This document shows, piece by piece, positions 1 to 10,542 of a DNA stretch of 64,000 nucleotides (positions are counted from its first letter, which is position 1; each line of letters starts with the position of its first letter). The stretch is from an uncultured Bacteroidales bacterium. Lineage in GTDB: Bacteria > Bacteroidota > Bacteroidia > Bacteroidales > UBA10428. The stretch spans positions 82,088 to 146,087 of the forward strand of contig CAZDCD010000008.1 of NCBI GenBank assembly GCA_964503885.1, read 5' to 3'. The position numbers and the translations under genes were made by a program. A model generated the notes under the pieces. It did no database searches. It saw only the letters and a list, made by a program, of their open reading frames with translations, and was not told where the DNA came from.

Positions 1-165
1 TTCATTTTGTCGTGCCGTAAAATATGAAGACACTCTTTTTCGCAGGTTTTTGGCTTTACCAATATAAATAATATTCCCATGCTCATCAAAAAATTGATAG
101 ACACCCGGCGTTTCGGGTAATGCTAACGCATCTTCCCGAATAGTATTCTGTGAATTTGCAGACAC
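1..165 (-). CDS. uvrC: Excinuclease ABC subunit C, N-terminal GIY-YIG part (runs off the window start)
   Basis: Hand translation from GTG at 165: ...[34 protein letters not shown], the UvrC N-terminal signature. Not in the ORF track. Confidence 0.9.
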   Translation of the reverse strand, partial: MSANSQNTIREDALALPETPGVYQFFDEHGNIIYIGKAKNLRKRVSSYFTARQNE

Positions 166-201
166 CTGGATAACTTAATTGTCAATATTCATTTGATATG
201 A

Positions 202-217
202 TGTTCCACGTGGAACA
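202..217. promoter_or_regulatory. parS centromere-like site
   Basis: Perfect 16-bp palindrome TGTTCCACGTGGAACA matching the established parS consensus (TGTTNCACGTGAAACA type). Confidence 0.85.
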
Positions 218-240
218 ACTATCTAAAAATTGTTTCTAAG

Positions 241-256
241 TGTTCCACGTGGAACT
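241..256. promoter_or_regulatory. Second parS site, overlapping the mnmG stop codon
   Basis: TGTTCCACGTGGAACT, 15/16 identical to the site at 202-217. Confidence 0.8.
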
Positions 257-2123
257 ATCTTCCAATATGTGCCAATAAAACATTGATATCGGATGGTGAA
301 ACACCAGATATGCGAGAAGCTTGTCCTATAGTTTTTGGTTTAAATCTTTTTAATTTTTGTCGTGCCTCGGTTGATATAGCCTTTAAATTAGAAAAATCTA
401 TGCTATCATTAATTTCTACCAATTCCAATCTCTTCAGTTTTTCAGCTATAATTCTTTCCCGTTCAAAGTAACCGTTGTATTTTATCTCCGTTTCTATAGA
501 TTCGTACAGTTCTTCATGATTTCCTCCCAGTTTACTGTTTATCCCGTCAAAAATTTCTAATTCCTTTAATGCATCAGTCAATCTTACCTGGGGTCGTAAT
601 ATCAATTCTATCAGCTTTTCCTTTTGCCTGATCATTGATGTCCCTTTTCTTTCCAGGTATGGATTTATATCTTCAGGAATTACAGAATATTCCTTCAACA
701 CTTTAAATATAAGTTCTTTATTCTTCTTTTTATGAAGAAATAGCTTAAGCCTTTTTTTTTCAGCCAGTCCTATTTCAACAGAACGTTCTGTAAGTCTTTC
801 ATCTGCATTATCCTGTCTTAACAACAATCTAAATTCTGCCCTGGAAGTAAACATACGATAGGGTTCATCTACACCTTTGGTTATTAAATCATCGATTAAA
901 ACGCCAATATAGGATTCATCCCGTGCTAAAATAAATTTATTCTTATGTTGTAGTTTTAAGGCAGCATTTATTCCTGCAATAATCCCCTGGCCCGCTGCCT
1001 CCTCGTAACCGGTAGTACCATTGATCTGTCCTGCAAAAAAAAGATTTTCGATCTTTTTTGTTTCCAATGTTTCGTATAACTGATCGGGTGGATAAAAATC
1101 ATATTCTATTGCATAACCAGGTCTAAAAATTTTTATATGTTCCAAACCCTGTATACTTCTTAACGCATTATACTGAATATCCCATGGAAGCGATGATGAA
1201 AATCCGTTTACATAATATTCAATCGTATTTTCACCTTCAGGCTCCAAAAATAATTGATGTGATTCCTTTGAAGCAAAAGTTACCACTTTATCTTCAATGC
1301 TTGGACAATATCTCGGACCAATGCTATTTATAGTTCCATTATACAACGGCGAATCTTTAAAGCCTTTTTCTATAATTCTGTGCGTATTCTTGTTTGTATA
1401 TGTAATGTAACAAGAATAATTTGTTTTGATATTTTTCTCTGTCAGGTAGGAAAACTTCCCTCCATTTTCATCGCCCTTTTGTTCAATCAGTCCATTAAAC
1501 TCTATTGTTCTACCATCAATTCGTGCAGGTGTTCCTGTTTTCATTCTACCGACAATAAACCCGTTTTTCCTTAATTGCTCAGAGATTCCGTAAGATGCCT
1601 TTTCTGATATTCTTCCGCCTTTTAAGGTAGTTCTACCGATGTGAATTAATCCATTTTCAAACGTACCATTTGTTAAAATCACAAACTCAGAATAAAATTG
1701 AATTCCTGTAAGAGTTACTACTCCTTTAACAACTTCAGATTCTATAATTAATTGTTTTACAGTATCTTGCCACAAATCTATATTCCTATTTGATTCAATT
1801 ATTTTCCTCCATTCTATTGAAAACTTCATTCTGTCGCACTGAGCGCGCGGACTCCACATCGCCGGTCCTTTTGATTTGTTCAGCATCCTGAATTGAATCA
1901 TGGATCTGTCTGTTACAATTCCGGAATAACCACCCAATGCATCTATTTCTCTAACAATCTGTCCTTTTGCAATTCCACCCATAGCAGGATTGCATGACAT
2001 TCGTGCAATCTTGGTCATATCCATTGTAATCAACATAACTTTAGCACCAAGATTAGCTGCAGCGGACGCTGCCTCACACCCTGCGTGCCCTGCCCCCACA
2101 ACTATGATATCATATTTTTGCAT
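255..2123 (-). CDS. mnmG: tRNA uridine-5-carboxymethylaminomethyl(34) synthesis enzyme MnmG (GidA)
   Basis: GAGHAG FAD motif, SCNPAMGG, GPRYCPSIEDK, AGQINGTTGYEEAA, EPYRMFTSRAE. Confidence 0.98.
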   Translation of the reverse strand: MQKYDIIVVGAGHAGCEAASAAANLGAKVMLITMDMTKIARMSCNPAMGGIAKGQIVREIDALGGYSGIVTDRSMIQFRMLNKSKGPAMWSPRAQCDRMKFSIEWRKIIESNRNIDLWQDTVKQLIIESEVVKGVVTLTGIQFYSEFVILTNGTFENGLIHIGRTTLKGGRISEKASYGISEQLRKNGFIVGRMKTGTPARIDGRTIEFNGLIEQKGDENGGKFSYLTEKNIKTNYSCYITYTNKNTHRIIEKGFKDSPLYNGTINSIGPRYCPSIEDKVVTFASKESHQLFLEPEGENTIEYYVNGFSSSLPWDIQYNALRSIQGLEHIKIFRPGYAIEYDFYPPDQLYETLETKKIENLFFAGQINGTTGYEEAAGQGIIAGINAALKLQHKNKFILARDESYIGVLIDDLITKGVDEPYRMFTSRAEFRLLLRQDNADERLTERSVEIGLAEKKRLKLFLHKKKNKELIFKVLKEYSVIPEDINPYLERKGTSMIRQKEKLIELILRPQVRLTDALKELEIFDGINSKLGGNHEELYESIETEIKYNGYFERERIIAEKLKRLELVEINDSIDFSNLKAISTEARQKLKRFKPKTIGQASRISGVSPSDINVLLAHIGR

Positions 2124-2156
2124 AATTACATCTACACATGTATATACATCGATCCA

Positions 2157-2588
2157 TTAATCAGACAGCAAATTTAATTCTTTTAAATAAAAATTTTCTC
2201 TTCGCGTCATTCTATATTTTTCGTCTTCCGTATTATCTTTAAATCCGACCAGATGAAGAAAGCCATGGATTATAACTCTGTAAAACTCCTTTCCGAAATC
2301 TCCCCCGGAATAGAGCGACGAATTACTTTTAACTCTCTCAAGACTAATGAATATATTACCATCTATGCATTCCTTGAAATATTCAGGAAAAGTAATAACG
2401 TCAGTAAAATAATCGTGGTTCAGGAAATTTTTATTGATATGTCTCAGGTAAGAATCCGATGTTAAAACAATGTCGATATTGCGAAACCTTCTATTCTCAT
2501 ATTTCTCAATTGACCTGGCGATCAAGTAAATTAATTCCTTTTTAATGCCCTTTTCCTTACTTTCTATAAACGAAAAACCTATTTTCAA
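2157..2588 (-). CDS. ybeY: rRNA maturation RNase YbeY
   Basis: HDYFTDVITF and the HGFLHLVGF metal-binding motif (HxxxHxxG); TTG start; lies next to mnmG. Confidence 0.88.
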   Translation of the reverse strand: MKIGFSFIESKEKGIKKELIYLIARSIEKYENRRFRNIDIVLTSDSYLRHINKNFLNHDYFTDVITFPEYFKECIDGNIFISLERVKSNSSLYSGGDFGKEFYRVIIHGFLHLVGFKDNTEDEKYRMTRRENFYLKELNLLSD

Positions 2589-2990
2589 TCATTGTATTAA
2601 TTTAAATTCCAGTTCAACAGAGGCTCCATTGCGAGTGAATTCCATACCATCCGATAGCTTCTCCATCAAAAAAATTCCTCTTCCATTTACATTTTCTATA
2701 TTTTCCGGAGAAGTCGGATCGGGAATATTCTTATAATCAAATCCGTCTCCTTCATCATCCACCTTTATCTTAAGATTATTTCCTACCTTTTTGATAATAA
2801 TATTTACCAGCTTATTTTCATCCAGCTTATTTCCATGAAGAATAGCATTATTTGCAGCTTCTAATGCAGCAATAAGAATATTTCCGTAAATATCGGCACT
2901 TATACTCATTTCAGTAGATAAATCATCAACAAGTTTCTCAACTTTCCTAAGATTCTCTATCTTAGACGCTATCTTAAACGCTCTTTCCAT
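2589..2990 (-). CDS. RsbW/SpoIIAB-like ATP-binding protein (HATPase_c_2, anti-sigma/Ser kinase type)
   Basis: EAANNAILHG (N box), DDEGDGF (G1), GRGIFLM (G2) in a 133-aa protein. Confidence 0.85.
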   Translation of the reverse strand: MERAFKIASKIENLRKVEKLVDDLSTEMSISADIYGNILIAALEAANNAILHGNKLDENKLVNIIIKKVGNNLKIKVDDEGDGFDYKNIPDPTSPENIENVNGRGIFLMEKLSDGMEFTRNGASVELEFKLIQ

Positions 2991-3107
2991 TAATTTCTAA
3001 TTTTGGATTTTGCTAAGTATCCTTTTATACTTCAAAACGCCAAATTTGTTACTAAATTAATCAATAAAAAAATCAAATAGCCAAAAATATAATCTTTTTA
3101 ATCCCTG

Positions 3108-4331
3108 CTATTTGCTTAACCAAATTTCAGGATTATTTCTCTCTTTATCTTTCCACACCTGAAAATGAAGCACTGTTTCATTTTTATCATAGTCAGTAAA
3201 TATCTTCCCGATTTTTTGCTTTGTTGATACTTTTTCACCTTCCTTAACATATACCTTTATAAGATTATTATATAACGAATAATAATTACCATGTTTTATT
3301 AAAACCGTAAAATTTGAACCTGGAAATGAGAAAATTTTTGTAACTATTCCATCAAACACAGCCCTTGCATCCTCATTTTCAACAGTTCTGATAAATATAC
3401 CATCGTTTCGTATATCAACATTTTGAAATACCGGATGCTTTTGAATACCGAAATGACCTGTAATGATACCCTGTGCTGTTGGCCAAGGTAATTTTCCTTT
3501 ATTTTTTTCAAATTCACCTGATAAAACTTTTTCTTCCGGTGTCAAGGCTGCGAAAGAGCCAACAGTTCCTTTTTTCTTATTTTCCGCATCAATTAATCTC
3601 AGAATTTCAGCAGAAAGCAGTTCGTCGTTTCTTCGTTTTTCCTCTAACTCTTTTAATAATTCACCCTCCTTTCTTTTAAGTTTTTTTATTAAACTATCTT
3701 TTTCATTTCCTTCATTTATCAGACCAATTCTCTCTGAATCACGACTTTTTATCAATGCCTCCTTTTGATTTTTTTGAGCCTCCAGCTCATCCTGCTTTTT
3801 TACCAAAACCTTTTCATAGGCAAGAATTAGTTTTTTCTGTTTCTTTTTATATTCTGTATACATCTGTATGTATTTAGTACGTTTGTACGCCTGATTAAAA
3901 CTTTCAGATGCCAAAAGAAACATTAAAATATTTTGCTCCTTTCTGCTTTTATATGCCTGATAAATAAGCCGAGCATACTCCATTTTTAGATTTTTTAAAT
4001 CATTTCTAAGTGACGTAATTAATTTTTCATTTTCATTTTGTTCCTTTTCTATTTCCTCAATTTCCTTTGTTAATTCTTTAATGTAGGTATTTCTTAATTC
4101 TATTTTCTTCCTTATTAAATTCAACATTGAAAGGGATTCTGTCTTTTTGTTTCTTGTTTCTTCGACAAGCCTTTCAGTTATTTCAATATCCTTTCTTGTC
4201 TGGTCGCGTTGTTTCCTTAATTCCACAGATTTCTGGCAAAATGCAGTAATACAAATGGCACATAACGCAAAAAACAATGTTATCAGCCGGTATATCTTAA
4301 ATTCCGTAATTATATTCAGGAACGTACTCAT
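3108..4331 (-). CDS. EnvC-like murein hydrolase activator (coiled coil plus degenerate M23 domain)
   Basis: Signal peptide, long coiled coil, KGKLPWP, NDGIFI, ARAVFDG, YSLYNNL, LHFQVW. The zinc ligands of active M23 peptidases are absent. Confidence 0.85.
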   Translation of the reverse strand: MSTFLNIITEFKIYRLITLFFALCAICITAFCQKSVELRKQRDQTRKDIEITERLVEETRNKKTESLSMLNLIRKKIELRNTYIKELTKEIEEIEKEQNENEKLITSLRNDLKNLKMEYARLIYQAYKSRKEQNILMFLLASESFNQAYKRTKYIQMYTEYKKKQKKLILAYEKVLVKKQDELEAQKNQKEALIKSRDSERIGLINEGNEKDSLIKKLKRKEGELLKELEEKRRNDELLSAEILRLIDAENKKKGTVGSFAALTPEEKVLSGEFEKNKGKLPWPTAQGIITGHFGIQKHPVFQNVDIRNDGIFIRTVENEDARAVFDGIVTKIFSFPGSNFTVLIKHGNYYSLYNNLIKVYVKEGEKVSTKQKIGKIFTDYDKNETVLHFQVWKDKERNNPEIWLSK

Positions 4332-6058
4332 TTTTTATCTTGTAAAAGCTCAATTTGTCCTTTTATCGTGTCATTTTCTCCATCGATTTTTGAAGCCTTC
4401 CTGAAAACCTCCAATGCTTCTCTCCTTTTATTTAACTTTATCAATATTTCTCCATAATGTTGAAGAATTTCGGTATTTTGGGCCTTATTATATTTAATGG
4501 CTTTTTCAATGTAGCGTTTTGCTTGTTTAATTAATCCCATTTTAAATAAAATCCATCCGTATGTATCAAGATACGTAGAATTGTCGGGATCATTTGTTAG
4601 TGTATTTTTACTTAATTCTTTTGCCCTGAGTAAATTTACCTCTCTCAAAGACAAATAATAGCTGTAATTATTTTTAAGCAGATCGTTGTTTTTATCCGTT
4701 AAAATTGCTTTCTCAAAATAATAATCACTGCTGTCATTCTTACCCATATCTTTATAGGTTTCAGCTATAAATCCATAAATTTGCGCTCTTTTTTTAATAT
4801 CAGATGTTAATATTTCAGCCGCTTTAAAGCTCACAATTGCATCCTCCTTCTCACCCTTTCCGGCTAATGCTAATCCTTTAAAAACAAATATATTTTGATT
4901 TCCCCCAAATTTTATTGTTGCCTTATCGGAATATGCAATCACCGAATCATTTCTTCCAAGAACATTTTCAGTATAAATAATTCTTTCCCATATCGAATAT
5001 TCATCAGGATTGTTCTTTAGCAACAGTTTTAAATCTTTTGATACTATATCATAATTTTCTAATTTAGTATTCAGATCTACACTTAAAGTAATCAAATCTA
5101 TATCTTCACCATATTCCAGCTTAGCAATTTTAATATATTGTTCAATATCAAGACCCTTAGATTCCAGTTGTAAGCATTTTTCAATAAAACTATATAGAAT
5201 TCCTATTTTTTTGCTTTTTTCGATCTCCGGATCCATAAAAATTTTTTTGAATACCGAATCTGCCTTGTTGCCATTTCCTGATTGCAATAAGAAGTCTCCA
5301 TAAGATAGCAAAAGCCTGATATCTTCAGGATGATCATGTAAAACAGCAAGGTATTGCTTCTTGGCTCTACTAAAAAATCCAAGCTGAACAAAATCTTCTG
5401 CAAGCAATCCTTTAAAATCAAGGTTATCAGAATACATTTCTGAACCTTTATCCAGAATATCTATAGCTCTTTTCTTTCTTCCTAAATTTTTGTAAACATC
5501 ATGAGTTAAAAATAGTATTCGTTCATTAATTCCATATTCCTTTGTTATAGCTTTTGCTATCTTTAAAGCCTTCTTAAATTCTTTTGCTTCATTATATAAC
5601 AAAGCAAGGTTATACCAATTTTCAACATTTCCTGTATTCAGCTTCACAATTTTCCTATAAACCAATATCGTACTGTCAAGATTATGGCTAAGCTGATACA
5701 ATGAAGCAAGGTGATACAAATACCAAATATTTTGTTTATCGTTTTTAATTGCAATCCTGGCAAATACTTTGGCTGACTCAATATTGCCAGTCCTCATTAA
5801 TATATTTGAAACCTGGAAATAAGCTGCCGAATTTTTTGGATTATGTTGAATACATATCTGATACAATTTTAAGGCATCACTGAAGTCACTGAAAAGCGCC
5901 ATTTTAGTGGCTTCTGTAAATGCATAATAATATTCCAATTCCGTCACCTGATTATCAAAAGGAGATTTACTATCTTTTTGACCTCTTTTAATAACTCCGC
6001 ACCTGCAAATTATTAGTAGTAGTAGTAATAAAAATGCAATTTTTTTAATCGTTTTCAT
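4328..6058 (-). CDS. Tetratricopeptide-repeat protein, probable lipoprotein
   Basis: Signal peptide ending near Cys (IICRCG), many TPR-like helices, and the C-terminal NNYSYYL...YLDTYGWILF pattern of Bacteroidota TPR proteins next to dut. Confidence 0.8.
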   Translation of the reverse strand: MKTIKKIAFLLLLLLIICRCGVIKRGQKDSKSPFDNQVTELEYYYAFTEATKMALFSDFSDALKLYQICIQHNPKNSAAYFQVSNILMRTGNIESAKVFARIAIKNDKQNIWYLYHLASLYQLSHNLDSTILVYRKIVKLNTGNVENWYNLALLYNEAKEFKKALKIAKAITKEYGINERILFLTHDVYKNLGRKKRAIDILDKGSEMYSDNLDFKGLLAEDFVQLGFFSRAKKQYLAVLHDHPEDIRLLLSYGDFLLQSGNGNKADSVFKKIFMDPEIEKSKKIGILYSFIEKCLQLESKGLDIEQYIKIAKLEYGEDIDLITLSVDLNTKLENYDIVSKDLKLLLKNNPDEYSIWERIIYTENVLGRNDSVIAYSDKATIKFGGNQNIFVFKGLALAGKGEKEDAIVSFKAAEILTSDIKKRAQIYGFIAETYKDMGKNDSSDYYFEKAILTDKNNDLLKNNYSYYLSLREVNLLRAKELSKNTLTNDPDNSTYLDTYGWILFKMGLIKQAKRYIEKAIKYNKAQNTEILQHYGEILIKLNKRREALEVFRKASKIDGENDTIKGQIELLQDKK

Positions 6059-6061
6059 TAT

Positions 6062-6493
6062 TTATTTACCAGTATGTCCAAAGCCTCCTTCACCTCTTTG
6101 AGTTTCATCTAGAATTTGAACCGGTAACCATTCAGCCCTTTCATGCTTTGCTATAATCATCTGGCAAATTCTTTCTCCATCATTCACAACAAAACTCTCG
6201 TTTGAAAGGTTTACCAATATTACTTTAATCTCACCCCTATAATCAGCATCAATCGTACCCGGTGTATTTAATACAGAAATCCCAAATTTTATTGCCAAAC
6301 CACTTCTTGGCCTAATTTGAGCTTCAAAACCTTCAGGTAATTGAATATGAAGTCCAGTCGGAATAATAGTACGTTCAAGCGGCTTTATAACAATAGGCTC
6401 ATCGACATTTGCCCTGATATCGATTCCGGCAGCATGTATTGTGCTGTATTCCGGTAAAGGATGTTTTGATTTATTTATAATTTTAATGATCAT
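6062..6493 (-). CDS. dut: dUTP diphosphatase
   Basis: [40 protein letters not shown] motifs. Confidence 0.97.
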   Translation of the reverse strand: MIIKIINKSKHPLPEYSTIHAAGIDIRANVDEPIVIKPLERTIIPTGLHIQLPEGFEAQIRPRSGLAIKFGISVLNTPGTIDADYRGEIKVILVNLSNESFVVNDGERICQMIIAKHERAEWLPVQILDETQRGEGGFGHTGK

Positions 6494-7967
6494 TTGTATT
6501 CCTTATGAATATTTTTATCAGTTTTTCCCTTTTTCCGATATAGTAAATAAACGGTAAAAATAGTAACGTATTTTTAATCATATTATAATACATATTCTCA
6601 ATTTTTGTTAGTTCACTAAATGCATATATAAATCCTGTAAGTACCATATATAAAAGAATTTTTTTTACCTCATAATCAATTTTAAAAAATCGTTGTCCGA
6701 TCACGTAGGATAAAATAACCATAACTGCATTACTTGCCAGTCTTGTAATAGCACATCCGTAATACCCTAGTGACGGTATTAAAACAGCATTTAATAGTAT
6801 TGTCAGCAGCGCACCGGAACCAATTATTACAATACCGTAATATGTTTTTGAAGATAATTTGTACCAAATGCTCAGGTTAAAAACCAGGCCGTTTAACACA
6901 GCAGCATACAAAACGATAGGAACTATCCGAATTCCCGAATGAAATTTCTGATCCACCAGTAGCTTAAAAATATCGATATACAGCATAACCATAAGAAAAA
7001 TAACCATGCAAAATAATACAAAATAGCGCATCACATCGGCATAAATTGTTTTTGCATTATCTGATTTATAATTTGTAAAATAAAAAGGATCAGCAGCATA
7101 TCTGAACATTTGAATAAATAAGGTCATTAACATGGCAATTCTGAAATTGGCACCATAAATTCCAAGTTCATATAATGAATCCATATTTTTCGGTAAAAAT
7201 TGTCTCAACAAAATTCTATCAATTGATTCATTAATTATCCCCGAAAGCTGGACAGCAAGTAAGGGTAAAGAATAAATCAATATTTTCTGTAATAGTTTTC
7301 TATCGAACGAAAACTTAATTTTCCTGTATTCAGTAAACAAAATAATCAATCGCACAAAACTTGCCAGAAAATTTGCAAGAAAAATATAATATACCTTTGT
7401 TCTGTATGATCCTAGAATTTTCGTCATTGAATTTGAGCTTTGTAACAATCCTGGTAATAATTCAAGAAAAAATATAACAAATACAATTGTTATTAATACA
7501 TTAAGTATCTGTACTACAACAAATTTGTAAATTCTTTCTTCTATCCTTAGTTTTGCAATAAAAAGGCTTGTTACAGCGTCAAGACCCACGATAATAAAAG
7601 CCCATCTCAAATATTCAGGGTGATTTCCATAATCCAGTAAATTTGCAATTCTTCCAGAAAAAATATAACCAATGATAATAAAACCTGCCGAACTGATGAG
7701 TAAGCTAAAACTTGTAGTACTGAACAACCGGTTTCCATCCGTATCAATTGAAAATCTGAAATAACCCGTTTCTAAACCGTATGTCATAAGTACCATAAAT
7801 ACAGAAATATATGCATATAATTCCGTAATTATACCAAATTCCTGTACTTCCAGACGCCTTGTATAATAAACTGTAAGAATAACGTAGTTTAGTATTCTGG
7901 GCACTATAGTACCCAGACCATAAATCAGTGTTTGTCCTCCTAGCTTTTTATATGGATTGTCCTTCAT
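6483..7967 (-). CDS. Polysaccharide biosynthesis / oligosaccharide flippase family membrane protein
   Basis: About 12-14 hydrophobic segments; [31 protein letters not shown]. Confidence 0.82.
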   Translation of the reverse strand: MKDNPYKKLGGQTLIYGLGTIVPRILNYVILTVYYTRRLEVQEFGIITELYAYISVFMVLMTYGLETGYFRFSIDTDGNRLFSTTSFSLLISSAGFIIIGYIFSGRIANLLDYGNHPEYLRWAFIIVGLDAVTSLFIAKLRIEERIYKFVVVQILNVLITIVFVIFFLELLPGLLQSSNSMTKILGSYRTKVYYIFLANFLASFVRLIILFTEYRKIKFSFDRKLLQKILIYSLPLLAVQLSGIINESIDRILLRQFLPKNMDSLYELGIYGANFRIAMLMTLFIQMFRYAADPFYFTNYKSDNAKTIYADVMRYFVLFCMVIFLMVMLYIDIFKLLVDQKFHSGIRIVPIVLYAAVLNGLVFNLSIWYKLSSKTYYGIVIIGSGALLTILLNAVLIPSLGYYGCAITRLASNAVMVILSYVIGQRFFKIDYEVKKILLYMVLTGFIYAFSELTKIENMYYNMIKNTLLFLPFIYYIGKREKLIKIFIRNTNDH

Positions 7968-7977
7968 AATTCATCCT

Positions 7978-8826
7978 TCATACCAATGATTCAAAAGTTT
8001 CTTCTATTGACCTTTCTTTAAACATATATCCTGAATCCAATAATATTCTTGGAATAACATTCTGGCCTTCCAAAAGCATTACGGCAGCCTCACCGAAAAC
8101 CAACCTTACCAGACCGGGAGGTAGCCAAAAAAACAAAATCCCTTTTCTTTTTCGTAATAGTTTGTTGTAAAACTCTTTGTTTGATATTGTATAATTATTA
8201 ACCGCGTTTATAACTCCAACTATTTTCTTATTATTAAGTATGAAATCAACAATTCCAAATAATTCGTTTAAAGAACAAATTGGAATTAGCTGTTCCTTTC
8301 TTCCCATAATGAATATAACGCCAAATTTCATCATTGCATTTATCCATTTTAGAAAACCACCGTTTTTTCCCAAAATAATACCCATTCTAATAATAACTAA
8401 CCGTATGATATCCTTATTAGCTTTTTCTGCCATATTTTCCCATTTATTAATTATTTCTGTCAAATAATTATGTGAAAATTCCTTACTGAATTCATCATGT
8501 TTCATTTTTTTATCATAAAGTCCCACCGCAGAAGCGTTGATTAACACCTTATTCTTTCCTATACTATTTATTGCTTCTACTATTTTTTTAGTTGTATCCA
8601 GGCGGCTGTTCAATATTTTTCTTTTTCTTCTTCTTGTCCAAAATCCAAATACTGATACGCCGATAAAATTAAGAACGGCGTCAGCTTTCTCTAATTTATC
8701 CGTTAAAATATAAATATTTTCAAAGTCCTTTCGATCAATAGAAATAATCTTGTAACCCTTTCCTTTAAAAAAGGTATTCATGTTGCTTCCAATAAATCCC
8801 GTAATCCCGGCAATAGCAATTTTCAT
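7978..8826 (-). CDS. TIGR01777-type NAD-dependent epimerase/oxidoreductase (YfcH-like)
   Basis: GITGFIG Rossmann motif, NSRLDTT, INASAVGLY, RMGIILG, LLEGQNVIP...L. Confidence 0.82.
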   Translation of the reverse strand: MKIAIAGITGFIGSNMNTFFKGKGYKIISIDRKDFENIYILTDKLEKADAVLNFIGVSVFGFWTRRRKRKILNSRLDTTKKIVEAINSIGKNKVLINASAVGLYDKKMKHDEFSKEFSHNYLTEIINKWENMAEKANKDIIRLVIIRMGIILGKNGGFLKWINAMMKFGVIFIMGRKEQLIPICSLNELFGIVDFILNNKKIVGVINAVNNYTISNKEFYNKLLRKRKGILFFWLPPGLVRLVFGEAAVMLLEGQNVIPRILLDSGYMFKERSIEETFESLV

Positions 8827-8863
8827 AAATTATTTTCTAATTTTGTTTCAGATATAATACCAT

Positions 8864-9514
8864 ATGAAAATCCGATCTCTTTTTCTTTTATTACTTTTTT
8901 TCCCCGTACCCGACACACTGCCACAGCATGTTCTCATTGAAACAAATTTTGGTAATATTACTATAAAACTTTATGATGAGACACCTATGCATAAGGAAAA
9001 TTTCCTTCATCTTGTAAACAGTGGTTTTTACAATAACCTCCTTTTTCATCGTCTAATTAAAGAATTTATTATACAAACCGGTGATACAAATTCTAAAAAT
9101 GCAAAACCAGGTCAACGGTTGGGATACGGCGGTATGCAATATACTATACCGGCTGAATTCAATAAAAATTATTATCATAAGAAAGGTGCTCTTGCAGCCG
9201 CCAGACAGCCTGATAATCTAAATCCTCAAAAAGAATCTTCAGGTTCTCAATTTTATATAGTTGTAGGAAGAAAATTTACAGATGCTGAACTAAATGCCAT
9301 GGAACAAAAACAGATCCATATTCGTTTTACCGCTGAACAGCGAAAAATATATAAAACAACAGGTGGCACACCTCATCTTGATTATTCTTATACAGTTTTC
9401 GGCGAGGTTCTTTCCGGTTTTGATGTTCTTGATAAAATAGCAGCATCCAACACAGATTCCAACGACAGGCCTCTTGTAGATATTAGACTAATAAAAATGG
9501 TTGTTATTAAATAA
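8864..9514 (+). CDS. Cyclophilin-type peptidyl-prolyl isomerase, probably exported
   Basis: FHRLIKEFIIQTGD, HKKGALAAAR, SGSQFYIV, PHLDYSYTVFGEV; N-terminal signal-like segment. Confidence 0.92.
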   Translation: MKIRSLFLLLLFFPVPDTLPQHVLIETNFGNITIKLYDETPMHKENFLHLVNSGFYNNLLFHRLIKEFIIQTGDTNSKNAKPGQRLGYGGMQYTIPAEFNKNYYHKKGALAAARQPDNLNPQKESSGSQFYIVVGRKFTDAELNAMEQKQIHIRFTAEQRKIYKTTGGTPHLDYSYTVFGEVLSGFDVLDKIAASNTDSNDRPLVDIRLIKMVVIK

Positions 9515-10542
9515 TGAATGTAATGCTTGATAAGATTTCTGAAATTCATAGTGAAATTGATTCATTTACCTCAACCGATCAGGCTGAAATTGAAAAATTT
9601 CGTATTAATTATCTCGGTAAAAATGGGAAGATAACCTTTTTATTCGACGAGTTCAAGTTGATACCTCCCTCTGAAAAACGCTTGTATGGAAAACATCTTA
9701 ATGCTCTTAAAAATTTCGCATCCGGCAAGATTAAAGACCTAAAACAATTTACAGACTCCATATCAAATAAAACATCCATACTTGATCTCTCATTGCCCTC
9801 TGAATCACATATTTCAGGTTCACGACATCCTGTTTCACTAATAAGGAGAGAAATTATTGATATCTTTTCCAAAATAGGGTTTACAGTGGCTGAAGGACCT
9901 GAAATAGAGGATGACTGGCATAACTTTTCAGGTTTGAACTTTCCCAAGAATCATCCAGCCCGGGATATGCAGGATACTTTCTTTATTCTAACGAATCCTG
10001 AAATCCTTCTCAGGACTCATACTTCTTCTGTTCAGGTAAGAGTGATGGAAACTTTACAACCCCCCATACGAAATATTTTTCCCGGAAGGGTATTTCGTAA
10101 TGAGGCAATATCCGCCCGTGCCCATTGTATATTCCATCAGGTTGAAGGACTTTACATTGACAAAAATGTATCCTTCGCTGATCTTAAACAAACACTTCTT
10201 TTCTTCGCTAAGGAAATGTTTGGAGAAAAAACCGATATTCGGTTGCGTCCCAGTTTTTTTCCATTTACAGAGCCTTCAGCTGAGATGGATGTCTCTTGCA
10301 CTATTTGTGGTGGCTCCGGTTGTACTGTCTGTAAGCATACCGGTTTTGTAGAAGTTTTAGGTTGCGGTATGGTAGATCCTTCTGTTCTGGAAGCTTCCAA
10401 TATTGACAGTTCTCTTTTTACAGGATTTGCCTTTGGAATGGGAATAGAACGTACGGCCATGCTAAAATACAGGGTAAATGATCTGAGGTTGTACTTTGAA
10501 AATGATGTCCGCTTTCTACGCCAGTTTTCTTCTTTCTTTTAA
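9514..10542 (+). CDS. pheS: Phenylalanine--tRNA ligase alpha subunit
   Basis: [45 protein letters not shown]. Confidence 0.98.
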   Translation: MNVMLDKISEIHSEIDSFTSTDQAEIEKFRINYLGKNGKITFLFDEFKLIPPSEKRLYGKHLNALKNFASGKIKDLKQFTDSISNKTSILDLSLPSESHISGSRHPVSLIRREIIDIFSKIGFTVAEGPEIEDDWHNFSGLNFPKNHPARDMQDTFFILTNPEILLRTHTSSVQVRVMETLQPPIRNIFPGRVFRNEAISARAHCIFHQVEGLYIDKNVSFADLKQTLLFFAKEMFGEKTDIRLRPSFFPFTEPSAEMDVSCTICGGSGCTVCKHTGFVEVLGCGMVDPSVLEASNIDSSLFTGFAFGMGIERTAMLKYRVNDLRLYFENDVRFLRQFSSFF

